Below, one piece after another: positions 36,811 to 49,469 of a stretch of DNA of 64,000 bases. The position numbers were made by a program, and so were the translations under genes. Every line of letters starts with the position of its first letter. The first letter of the stretch is position 1. The notes beneath the pieces are model-generated. The model ran no database searches and had not been told where the DNA came from. It was given only the letters and a program-made list of their open reading frames with translations. The stretch is from Lingula anatina (taxonomy: Eukaryota; Animalia; Brachiopoda), in the NCBI GenBank assembly GCA_051362555.1, contig CM120642.1, forward strand, positions 31,744,001 through 31,808,000, in the 5' to 3' direction.

Positions 36811-39477
36811 TGCGATGTCTCTGTGTCCGTCACAACACCTGGCCTCAATCCTAAAGATCGCTAACAAGCGTCGTCTCCTTTGTAGAGCCCAGTCTTTTGA
36901 TATCTCAAATATACAGACACAATAAATGTGTCAACCGGTAGATCCTCGATCGCTGGCGTTGACACTCCAAGAGGCGAACACATAGTACAGAACATTAACT
37001 TTGCTTGCACGTTTTAAGGGTCAGTACGGGTCCTGGGTGATCTTTGGGAAGATGGGATCTTCGAAATAACATCACATGAAAACAAATAGCACACATAGCT
37101 GCATGTATCCCTGTGTATAGCCTACATAGAATTTTAAGATGGAAAGAGGTGTTCAATATTGATCATCGGGATACTAGTTAGCTAAACGAAACGAGGCAAA
37201 ACCAAGCTTTACTTCCATCCCTGGGCACTACCGGTAAATTATCTTAAGGTAAATTATCTTTGTCCACTATCTTACATTAGCCTAGCGCAGCGAGAGTACC
37301 TTTACTTCCCATCAAAACCCTGGTCCTGCCTACCCTGTACCAAGGCGACAGATTGACTATTCACAGGATATTCACAGATTTGTCTTTATAGAAATAGACG
37401 GTCATTTTACTATCTCTGTTCTCTAGATTTTCCCATTTTTCCCTATATAATCTGCCACCCTGGTAGAGGGTATGTCCTGCCAGTGTAGCTGTTCACCAGG
37501 GCTCCGTAACTCGAAAGGATCGCGTGTTGCGAATAGCGATATCACATAGAGGCTACAATGTATTACATGGGGCGAGTATGGGCGAGTTATGGAATCGAGA
37601 CGCCGGTGCTCGGTCGCAATGTGCGATGCCTTCGAGTTACGGGGCCCAGGTGTACCTGTTATCGACTTCTTGGGTTCCGTCACACACCAGATAAAAATCC
37701 CGAAGAACGCTAACTGACCCCCAAATCTCGTTCCCCTTAAAGCCCCGCCTATCCCTTGTTTTCTCCTTCCGTCACCAGTCCGTGCGTACTTCCGAGGTCC
37801 GCCATTTTTTATCCCAGAACCAGCCGAGCAAGCCCAGGACAGAGTATGAAAACGTGACGAAGTTTGTTGCTTTTTATCATGTACCCAAAGTACAGTCATG
37901 CAAATATGTGGCATGGATGTACCAATAGACCGAGTTCACAGTAAGGTATTAGTTTACATAAAGCACCAACAATCATAAAAGGTCAAGGCGAGGAGACACC
38001 AAAGTTGTCTGAGGAAAGGCGACGGTTATGGAAGGCGGCAATAAACAGGAAAGATATCACCTCGGATAGGTATATCAGAAACTTTTTCAAACTGATCAGA
38101 AAATTATAATACTTATATCTTCTGAAAGGTAATACAAAAAAAAAAAAAAAACAGATGAATTCTTTTGAAATTTTTAAAATATTCCTACAAGCAACAAAGA
38201 TATTGAAGTTTTTTAACTGCAAAAATTCACCAAAAGTGTCCACACTTTTCAGCTAAAACCTGTGACCACTGACCAGCAGTGATCACTCAGCTGTAGCTGC
38301 AGCTCAAATTGCTTGTGACCAATTAGGGCAATTTGGGCTCTATGTTAATCTAATGACCCGGAAACAAAACCAAATTGGCTTCCGGGCAGATCATGTACTA
38401 TAAATATTGTGCATCAAATAAACTATAATTCGCATATTCAAAATTTTCAAATTTTTCTCAATTTAGTTTCTAATATGCCTCCAAAAGGCAAGAGAAAGAA
38501 GCTTATATTGTAGAAAAAAAGGGAGGAGGAAGAAAAAAAAGGAGAACAGGAAGCAAAACTGACGTACGCCGTCAGTACGTCACCACAAACATGTGAAGCA
38601 AGTGTGAAGCAAAACTGACGCAAAAGGACACTACTTTCGCCGTGCGTTGCATTCCCTTCGTAAGTGGTGAGTGTGTGCCTCGTGCGTAGGAAGCAAAACA
38701 AACTCAAGGGATGAGTGCAATTTCCACGGCCATCGATCCTTGCAATTAGCTTCCCTGCTTGAAAGGACATCTCAAGTGGCCCTTGCGACTCGCAAGGCAG
38801 ACTTTCCTCTACCTCTACGACCTCCACGGCCTCCGCAACACCCAAAAAATCGCAGGGGACGTACGATCCTGAAATTCGTGCGTCCGGTTGTGACCGAGGC
38901 TTTAGTATGACGTGGTTTGTCTATGTATGAATACACATAATGGCAAGGTTTCCGTGCATATTTGTTAACAAGCGAAACGAGACAAAATCAAGCATCCCAG
39001 TGCCTTACTAGCACGTGTTACAGTAAAAATATCATAGACAATAACTGTCTTAAATTTGTCTAGAGAAGTGTGGAAAAATTTTAATCTTTTTGCCCTTGAC
39101 CCCCTGTCAAAACCCCAATGTCAGTGCAGCTGTAAACCAAAACAATTGCGAATGAAAACATTTACTTCAAATATACCGTGCACAAATTGAATGCCAAATG
39201 CTTATAATGACAGCATTAAGATAACGTGGCAAAAATTTAACTTTTGAAATATAATGGAAAGAACCTAAAGGCGTGTAATAGGAACAGGTAAAGTACGGAT
39301 GAAAACGTGAGGTATTTTCAAATGATACAGGAAAGTAGAAAGATAATCTAAATTATAGATTCTGAAAAAGTTGTGATTTTAAAGGGAATCAGAAAAACAA
39401 ATGAAGTAGTTATTGTGTTACAGCTAGTATGGTCGTTATCGGTAACTCTTCCTTATCACAAAAGAAATAAAGAGTTA

Positions 39478-39693
39478 GACTGCATTCCCAGAGATTTAGA
39501 TCAATCCATCCGGATCGACCTAACTCCCTGGGGGTTCACTCTAAATTGCTGTCAGTCGAGCGCGCACAAAAGGTAATTACCCCCTTACAGCTTTCAGAAG
39601 GCGGGACAGACATTTAAGCCTGTTAAGCTGACACCAATCTAGTGAGACTCCCCAGGGGGAAAGATCGATCTTAATATCTATGCGAACGGGGGC
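39478..39693. mobile_element. MITE family A, copy 2
   Basis: TTA flanks; reverse orientation relative to copy 1. Confidence 0.85.
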
Positions 39694-39750
39694 TTATACT
39701 GTGACAATCTTTTGATATAATACATGTACTGTACTATCTATAGATCTATG

Positions 39751-39918
39751 CAGGGGCGGATCCAGAGAAATTTTCTGACAGTCTTCCAAATTATTTTTGT
39801 TGATTCATCCTCCATTTTTGACCGTCTTCCGACAGAAAAAATCAGACACACGTCAATGTAAACTTTAAAATCTGACCGTCTTCCAGAAGACCCAGAAGAC
39901 GGCCTAAATCCGCCCCTG
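39751..39918. mobile_element. MITE family B, copy 3
   Basis: Same TIRs; perfect 5-bp TSD CTATG. Confidence 0.85.
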
Positions 39919-40823
39919 CTATGTGTTATTACATGTACATGTGTCTTCTACTGGGCCAGCTTAACAAAGCAGCCGCAGCCCCGTAATTGGTTTTAACTAT
40001 TAAACCCAAGACCCTAGCCAAATAACGTTCTTCTCACTAGCTTCATTTAACTGTAAGTATGAATCGTATAATAGCTTTTACTTTGTTTTTAATGCAAATG
40101 TTATTCTGCTAAATCATTGAAAGTGCAAAAGGACAACTGTCTTATTATTCTGTTGGAGTTTGTTCAAGATCTCGTAATCGCTACAGATCACGCCACTGTT
40201 ATTTTAAACAGCCTAGGCCCCTAAACAACGTCTTACTTCTTCGTTAATGTCCAATCTCAGACCATCTTCAGCAGTAGAAGCGCCACCAGCACTGTCCTTG
40301 TTAGCTGCCCAAATAGTTATATAATTACCAAGGTGTTCTAGAAATACATACGACACCCACAGTAGTTCTAATTGGACGTTTTCAAAGCACGTCTTAAATG
40401 GCGGGAATTAAAGTATAATCCATTACGTGAAATTGTGATTAGATATATGACATAAAGGGCATATATAAAATATGTATAGTTTCGTCACTCGGCATGTGGA
40501 ATATAAAAAACAAGTGCATGTCCCTAATCATAACCTTCTAGAAGACCATTAATTATCAGATTAATACCATACCAATAAACACGAACTCTGTGACCTCATT
40601 TTGACTGATTAAAAAAAAAAAGATTTCAAGTAACAAAATCGTCACAATTTCTCATTCATTGCACAGAGCGTCTTGAAATTGTGCAAGGGGACATTATGAT
40701 ACGACAGGTAAGATTGTGTCAATTTTCACAGCTAACACAATTCTCAAGAGGGCGACACAGCTAAAACGCAGGGTACTAAACGTGCACTAAATAAGGGCAA
40801 CTTGTAGGGTTTCTTTTGTATCT

Positions 40824-43626
40824 TCAGTCAGCGTATCTCTCAATTTGAGGACAATTATGATTCGACACTGTCTCGAGCGGTTCCTCAGCGCCTTTCTTGT
40901 CGTCTACCGGTACACACCTTCGTAGATCCTCTCTTGCGATAGAAACGCCATCACCTTCCTTTACAGCGCCACCATTATAAAGTGTCCTGAAATTTTAACG
41001 GAATTACTTGTAGACACAATACCTACACAAATATACTAGTAGTATCCTGATTTAATTGCCGTGCTTATAATTTTATTGAAGTTGTTCAGTTTACCTCCCG
41101 CTGATCCTCATATCAAAATCCTCCACGGTTTGGCAAAGTGGTCGGTTCAGAGTTTCTGGGACCAACAAGATAAGCAGGCCGGCTAGGATGGAGACCGCCC
41201 CTAGGACGACGAAGGGAAGAGGACCCCAGACGCTGCTAAGTAAGAGAACTTGGGGAGCAAGAACCCCACCAACACGTGACATGGCGGAAGAGAACCCGAG
41301 ACTGAGGTTTCTGGAATGATTGCACGGTAGTAAAAAAAATATCGTTCTATTGCCTTTATATAGTATGTGAATTTATGTAAATATTTTAAACTGAAATGCG
41401 TCTTTCAATTTAAACCGTGCATTTATATAGTACATGTATATGTAAGCCCTGAAGTCGTTTGCACCAACTATACAAATGTTTACTATTAATAACTAACTGT
41501 TTTCTTAGTATGTCATTATTTCAATTGCTTTTATCATTTCTGTCCATCACAGGGAATTGCACGCTAGTAATTAGTAGAAGTTAACCTACCTCATTACTGT
41601 GGGGTATATTTCGGCCGTGATGAGATAGATGACGGCAAAGCTTGCTCCTATCCCAATCTTACCGATAACTGCGAAGGTTATTCTGAGCCACTGAAGATCT
41701 GGTAAGGAATGAGAATCAGACGAAATTAACGTACATCAACATAATGATAAATGTGTTGGTCGGGTCGACGTTTGTTCCCAATTTACCTACATTTACTACT
41801 GTCATTGATTATAATTACCAGTAAAACATTGGATATTCAATAATAATATCGCGGAACTATTACGACACTTGCCATAACAATTAACACGGGTTCATTTACA
41901 AATGAACTTAAATGACACACCATTGATTGTGTACTACAGTAGTATTTAATCACACGCACAGCACCCATCTTAAAAGTTAGTTAAAGCGTGTAATTAAAAG
42001 ATAATACGGAAAATGTCAAGACGAAAAGTTGATAGATAATTTCATTCAAAAGGGGTTCTTCTTTTTGTTGTAAAGATACACATGTTGATTAATTAGGTAT
42101 AAAGCACGTAAGCAGCAGTTCATGCATTTGGAAAGTGTCTCTCTAACTGTTATCTTCAAAATAAAATTTAATCAAGATTTTTAATGATGCTAACCTGTCG
42201 GGAGCACTCCAGACACGATGATTCCGCAGCCAGTAATAGTCAGCAACAGTAGTGACATCTTGCGGCGTCCTATTCTGTCCAATAGCAACAACGCTAAAGC
42301 AAAACCGGGAAGTTCAGCAAGACCCAATAGGGCAAAATTAAGATAGATATTCCCGCCTAGGCCTTGGGTGTTTAAGGCAATGCCGTAGTAAACTGCTGTA
42401 TTGACAATCCTGAGGGGAAAAAAGTCACTTTTAATACCGGACCAGATTAATCGTAATATAATCAAAGCATTTTTTTTTTCAGACTGACTGATGCAGTTAT
42501 TTGGTTTGTACAACGTATGGTCAAATTATAGGTTGAGTAAAAAGTTCTACATAAATATATTTCAACTTTGAATATTTTCCATACTGTAAACTGCCCAATC
42601 TTACCAATTAAAACTGATGTTCAACGTGATCTTTGCCCTATCCCACGTCCGAAACATGTCTATTGGCGTGTGAAGGGTGGTATGCATTTCCGACTTTTCC
42701 TCAAATAATTTCTCCAAGATTCCTTGCTCAAGTTCTACTTTGTTTACTTTGGCCACTTTGTTGATGATAACCTCTGCTTCTTGGTTTCTGCCTTGCGACA
42801 ACAGCCACCGAACCGATTCCGGGCAAACACTAGCAAAAGATGAAAATAATGAACAGGAAATAGTAGATAATAATGAAACCATTTGATCCTTGCAATTGGT
42901 GAGTACAGGTAACATATTTGATACTGTTGGTGAAGAATAAGTATTTTACAGTTCTCTGTTGATATTCCACTGTCACGAAATCAATTGAACATTTGTTTTC
43001 AATCTCTCATTGTTGCATTTTCACATCAAGAGTACAAGGTTTCGACGGAATCTCAAAGAATATGTACATGATCGTACATAAACATGAATTTACGACTTAA
43101 GTAGTTTGTAACACTGCCATTATATTGAAACCATACAGCGATCGATCATCAGTTACAAAATTAACGCATGCGCAAATCGACCATTTAGGTTTTATTTTGT
43201 CCATCAGGACTCTGTCATAAACGTGCACAGGTGCAGAATACTCAGTCAACCAAAAAATTTATCACCGACTAAGCTTCTTAAATTCTATATTCTGCATTTT
43301 CATCTAGCAAATAATATATTCATTTTAACGTTTGCTTAAGAAATGATATACTGTAGTCGCAATGCATTTCACAAAACAGCACATCGTTACGGTACTTACA
43401 AGTAATAAAGGCAGAAGAGCAACCCAGGTAAATTTATAACCAGTGTCAGGTATCGCCAATCTCGCACAAAATATGCATATAGAGACAGTAAGCAGTATCC
43501 AATACTGTAAGATGCCATGTTACCAAAACCTGCCAGCCTTCTTTTACTTTTGCCTACAAATTCCATTCCTAGAAAAAACAATTATCAGTTTTATAATTTT
43601 CTCATCAAAATTTCCTCCAACAAGAG

Positions 43627-43697
<71 letters not shown>

Positions 43698-46055
43698 GCG
43701 TAAAGAAAGTAAGAAAGTTATTTTCCACCACAGTATAAAAGGGAAATATCAGGCAGGGTAACTGAAGTTTTATATGGTCTCAAACAGACTGAAAGTTATC
43801 GTTTATGTTTCAAAGACTATTGGAAACGTGTCCAGCATTCAGGGAAAGCAATGGCTAACTTAGATGGACATTCACTTGTGTAATGTTTTGGTTATGTAAT
43901 TGTTATACGCTTAAACCTTTCAATTTCGACATTTACTCGAGCTGTACCTAACAAAGCTTACAATGTCACAGTAACACACACTGAGGAAGGCCACAGTATA
44001 GTGATTGAAAGCTTTGCTAGCTACAGCTCAAGTAGGTGTAAAAAATAAAAAGTTTAAGTGTTTAAGATGATGCTCAATTAAGATTGAAGGTTACCAAACT
44101 GCATTCAAAAATTTACAGTGAAAATGATTTAAAACTCTTATGTTGCACTACAAAGGTCTAATCCTGTGCCGTTCTGTCTGAACTTACCTATTGTGTAGGA
44201 AGTCAAAAATACGGTTACTTCACACATCCACAGCACGGTGTACATGGCTGTGTAGACGATGATATTAGGGGACAACATCATAAAGGTTCCGAGTAGACTT
44301 TGTGCGCACACCGCTGTTATGAAAACGGGTATCCGGCCAAACCTTGAATGAAAAAGAATTCAAACAAATGGAAAGGTTTTTTAAAATGCACAACTCTGAA
44401 CGCTTTGTTGGATGCTAAGTCATGAAAAGTGAAAATGTTTATTTATTTTTTAACCTGGTGAATTTGTCCTTGTTATACAGATATATCATTTCTATGAATG
44501 TAAGTTAACGTAAAATACTAAGAAACAATCTGTATCATATACTGTCGTTTTTTTTTTTTTGTATTTACATGTACTGCAACTATATTTTTACAAGTATAAA
44601 AGTATCTACATCAAATTGTTTTGTTTTGTTTTTTTCTTTGTCAGAATGTATGCAGGTATTATAATATCTGCCGGTTTTTATACATGTAGTGACATATACT
44701 GCAATTATACTTTTTACATATATTGAAATATCTACACCAAATTGTTTTATTTTCAGAATGAATGCTGGTTTTAAAATATCTGTCGTTTTTGAATTTACAT
44801 GTACTGCAACTACACTTTTTACATGTATTAAAATAACTACACTAAATTGTTTTTTTCTCAATATATCCTGAAAAATGTTTACACGGATATCTACCCGTAC
44901 TGTTTACCTATCGGATAGGATCCCAGAAAGAACGGAACCAACAAGTTTTCCCAAGAAAAGTATAGATTTACATGTACTGAGAATAACCTTGTTTTCACAT
45001 ACCAGGTCGAACTGTAAAATAAAAGGTTTTAAGTTAGTTAAGTTAGAGAAAAAAACGCAAAATGTCATATTTTGAGGAACGGGATAATACTGTACAAGAA
45101 TGAAATTATATATAACGCTATTTTTTTTCACAAACGTTGTCATCATTGTTGAAGATGTTGTATATATGTCACAAACATGACTGAAACCCGGCAAATTTAA
45201 AATCTGTCTAGGCCAGTCTGAAATCCAAAGTCTAAGACAATTTTCCATTATGATCCGATTATTTGCACCCCCAATAAAGCCCTTTTCATCAACTACAGAA
45301 TATATGTTTAAAACAACCTTTACGAATCATCTTGCACATGGGGGATTGCAAAATTTTTATTATTATTTTGCCTCACATAGGTTCTTTTGGACGTCTGCTT
45401 TTGCTTTTCGATATGCACCAGGCTAATTTCAAAGCTGCATAAGCAAGATTGCAATTTCAATCCTTTCTGGAATATTGGTTATTGCATAGCGTTTATGGCT
45501 AAAAATGAAAGTTTCAAATTAAGCAGCTGACCTGTAAAAGTCATGTGACTTTTGGAATTTCTTTACTATAATTTTTTTATGTATCTTACGTACATCAGAC
45601 ACAATGGTTGCCGTGAATTCCTCTTGGCTGTACACTCGTCCTTCGGGACAGGCTACTTCACTCATATTTCCCTTCACCAATCCTACCGTTATATTTCTAT
45701 CATCCCTAGTACCGTTATTTACAGAGTAGGCATCACTTCCAAAAAAGTCTAGATTTTCAGTCCAGCTCTGGTAGTCATATATTTTGCAACTACTTCGGTG
45801 AAGTGTCCCATCATCGTCTTGTATCCACGGTATTGTGAGGTTTAACAATTCGTCCTGTGTCACATTGCCATAGTTCAGGTTCAGGTAGTCAACGTAAGCG
45901 TCTGGCACCTTGCAGTGATGTTCCGGCACGGCGCTGGTAAATACTATCATCAATTGCAGAGTATTTGCCAGGGCCACGGCACATATTAGGAGGTACTGGC
46001 GTTTCTGGTAGGTCCCAAACTCTCCAAGTATTACCAGGAGATCGTCGTAATGCAT
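40824..46055 (-). CDS. SLC22-family organic cation transporter, divergent paralog B, ~605 aa
   Basis: Exons 46055-45594, 45011-44908, 44342-44188, 43568-43400, 42829-42605, 42409-42195, 41698-41590, 41310-41095, 40986-40824. Internal exon sizes equal those of A, C and D; motifs DFDLVC, DRFGR, PESVRWL, DRIGRR, EIYPTVMR, VPETL. Confidence 0.9.
43631..43693. repeat. (AT)n microsatellite
   Basis: Direct reading. Confidence 0.95.
43981..44015 (+). ncRNA. Minimal (Penelope-type) hammerhead ribozyme-like motif, probably degenerate
   Basis: CTGAGGA-A-GGCCAC-AGTATA-GTGATT-GAAA-GCTTT: core boxes, imperfect stem II, palindromic AAGCTT stem III. Confidence 0.4.
44540..44860. repeat. ~110-130-bp diverged tandem repeat (3 copies) in intron 2 of paralog B
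   Basis: Recurring TACTGCAA...TTTTTACA...CTACA.CAAATTGTTTT...TCAGAATG. Confidence 0.75.
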
Positions 46056-46697
46056 TGTTCACTTTGCATTGTTGAGTGGCCTAAGTCTTCGTACATGTAG
46101 GTCTAACAACCCTGAAAGATATGAATTCGTAAAACATTGGTTTCAGAATCAATTCATTTCATTACATGAGTCGACTTGAATTCATAATGCACTGTCAATT
46201 AACGGGCCTCTTTCTGGATACGGTTTAACTATTGCAATACCCTTTATGCAGTAGGCCCTACATGTATACCCAGACTGTTTAAATGGGGTTACGCAATATA
46301 TTATTGCTGCCATAAAAGGACATCTAAGACAAATATATCGCATTTTTTTTACCTCATACATTAATGCATATACACTCATGTAATCTTATTGGTGTAGCTA
46401 TCACATATCGCAAAGTAGATCTTAACTGGCCTTACGAACAGTCCATTTGATGACATCGTTCACCTGTAATATTTAATTACATCAGAAATGGGGAAATATC
46501 AAGGGAGTTGATCGCATGAGACGGGAGTATATAGAAAGCCCCGGTATTATGTCTCTTTTACACACAATTAATTTAAGATAATATGTGAAGCAATTAACTA
46601 CACGTCTTGGCTTTCTTCGTCCCATATGTGACCTATATATATATATATAATACAGGTGCTGAGTTTACGATTGAGTGATCCTTTCGATGCACACTAA

Positions 46698-46923
46698 GGG
46701 TGCTTTCCCAGAGATTTAGATCGATCTAGAGGTTAAGATTTAGAACGACCTGACTCCCTGGGGGTTCACCCTAAATTGCAGTCAGCCGAGGGAGCACCAT
46801 AGTTAATTACCCCCTTGCAGCTTTTAGTAGGCGGGACAGACGCTTTAGCCGGCCAAGCTGACAGTAATCTAGTGAGACTCTCCGCAGGGATAGATCGATC
46901 TAAAAATCTATGAAAATGGGGTG
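46698..46923. mobile_element. MITE family A, copy 3
   Basis: TAA flanks; shared core CTCCCTGGGGGTTCAC...TCTAGTGAGACTC. Confidence 0.85.
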
Positions 46924-49255
46924 TAAAATTGACTTAGATTGCCATGACAGCTCCCTCCGTTCTAGCGCCCTCTTCATTTGCGGTCAACAGTTTTATTGAA
47001 CTTCATGACCTACCTTTTACACCATCTATCCTTTTTGCGTATGTCAAGGTTTGAGACAAGGCGTTCTACCAGTATTATAATCATTCTTCGTTTTTGTGTG
47101 AAGGAATGGGTTCACTCTCCTCAATGTCCATACCAAAGTCAACATAAAAACAGTAATGGCGTTTCATCCTTTCCATTAATTGTCCCAACACTGAAATTTA
47201 AATATTTTGACTATATTGCCGTTACAGCTGGTTGCGTAAATAGCCATGTTTTGTGTCTTATACTGAGGCAAAAAGCAACCAAACCTCAGTTGCATCCAAG
47301 TTTTTTATGACCCCCTTTCAACTGTATTTCACTTATAACCTAACATATGGTCCTTTGCAGTTGTGTAATAATAGAGTTTTTTGTGTTATTCACGATCGAA
47401 ATGAGTGTCAGTTTGAGATAGCAGAATATTCACCTGGCCAGCCCCTTTTTGCCAGTGAAAATGGTCCACGATACTTGAATGAGCATATTTGAGTCGAGAA
47501 TGGTAAATTATCCCTACTTGGAATAGAAGTAGAGTCACTTCGCATGTATATATAGTTTAAGACCCGAGAGTGGTTGATTTATTTTGGCATTATTATGGAT
47601 TTTTTATAATATACCTACCGAATAGAATGGAATTGTAAGACCTTTTCTAGATTTAAATAACTTAGATGCAGTCTAGGATAACTTAAGTATTTAAAAAACG
47701 ACAAATCCTGGGACGTATCCTTTTTAATAGTTGTATAAAATTGGACAATATGACAAGTGGATCATTTCACATGATTTTGATTAAAAGTAATTGCATGGTG
47801 GTAAAGTATGTCTGTATACGCCTCTCCAAGAAGACTAGATAAATATGCCAAAAACAAAGACACTGTGACATTTTGACTTCAAGTAAAAGTTAACGATGCG
47901 TCTTAAATGTTAATTGATCCGATGAAGAACGTCTGATGCGTCGTGCTTGCTTTCTAGCGGTTTTTGTCTCCGCTAACGCAATAGTGTTCTTCATGTGCCA
48001 AAAATCGAGACTGAACGATTCCGTTACACTTTTATTCCATTTTTCCTTAACTGTCTATTAGACGTCCGTTTTCATTTTGAACTTAATTTGCTCTTAATCT
48101 AAACCCTTTGTTTTCTAATTTTTATTTGAATTTTGAACTTAAACCTTTCGGTTGCAATGGTTTTAAATAAACGTATAATTATATTATTATAAATACATAC
48201 ATACATTTGTCAGTACCCCTGCATTATCTGGAGGGGGAAGAGGGATGGATGGATGGGTGGGTGGGTGGGGGGAGAATGCTTTGACCAATGAAGGGGACCG
48301 GTGTGACGAAACTAAGGGTCCCTGTAACACAAAGTCCGCCCTCCATTCAGTTATAATGGTTAGGGTTAGCAAGACCTAAATGGGTCAGAATCTAAGGCAA
48401 GGCTTACCAGTAAAAATGAATGGGAGGCGGACTCTCTATCATCTCTATCGTCATGTTACACCGGCGTGCAGTGATTATGCAATTCAACAAGTTAATTTAG
48501 GTGGATATATATATGTACCATAATTTAGATGGATATACATATGTATATCACATCTGTGTATAATATATATATGTATCTGTGGCGTGTTCCTTACTAATAG
48601 GGAAACTTGTGACAGGACCTTACATTAATTTACTTCACGCAGTTATTACGCAACACGTCTTCTACACTGTAGGTACAAGACTGATATATATATATATATC
48701 AACCATTGCCACCTGCCTTCTGCTGTCACTCGCATTTTCTATTCTCTCACACAAACTTTTCTTTAACCAGTCGTTTTTGGTTAAAACTTTTGTACATGTT
48801 TGTTTGTGTGTTTAGACGTATCACAAACCCGCGCTGTTACACTCCAAGCTTAAAACAAAATAAACAATCCCCGTGTGAGAATAAAAAAAAATGGGTTTTA
48901 TGTGTCCTTAAATAAAAGGAAGAGCCTTCTCGGTCACTTTCTTAAATATTCACCCTGGTGTGTTAATGGTTTTTTTTTTTCAATGATATTATTTGAAGCG
49001 TGTGATAAATGAAGTATATAGAATAAGATTTAAAAAAAAAAAGCGTCTGGCGAAACCGTTACTTTGATTAACGGCTTTGTGGTCAACATATAACGACCGA
49101 CATTATAAAATTTTCCTCCACTGTAAACGAACATGAACCGGGCGAATCAAGGTGGGGGTTGAAACAAGAAGCCCTTTATCTAGACCCGCCGGAGAATACC
49201 TTCACGGATCCATGTATTGCTTTTCTGCGTTGCACAATCTAGAGCAACAGTTATA

Positions 49256-49469
49256 GACCCCATTTTCAGAGATTAGATCGATCTACTTTAGATCGACCTA
49301 ACTCCCTGGGGGTTCACGCTAAATAGCTGTCAGCCGAGCGGACACGAAAGTTAATTACCCCCGTACAGCTTGTAGTAGGTGGGACGGACATTTAAGCCGG
49401 ATTATCTGAAGTAATCTAGTGAGACTCCCCGCGGGGATAGATCGATCTAAAAGCTCTGGGAATACAGCC
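49256..49469. mobile_element. MITE family A, copy 4
   Basis: ATA flanks; same core. Confidence 0.85.

Noticed and set aside
37423-37914. 163-aa minus-strand ORF
   Set aside because: No recognisable domain; expected by chance in a GC-rich repeat-like block
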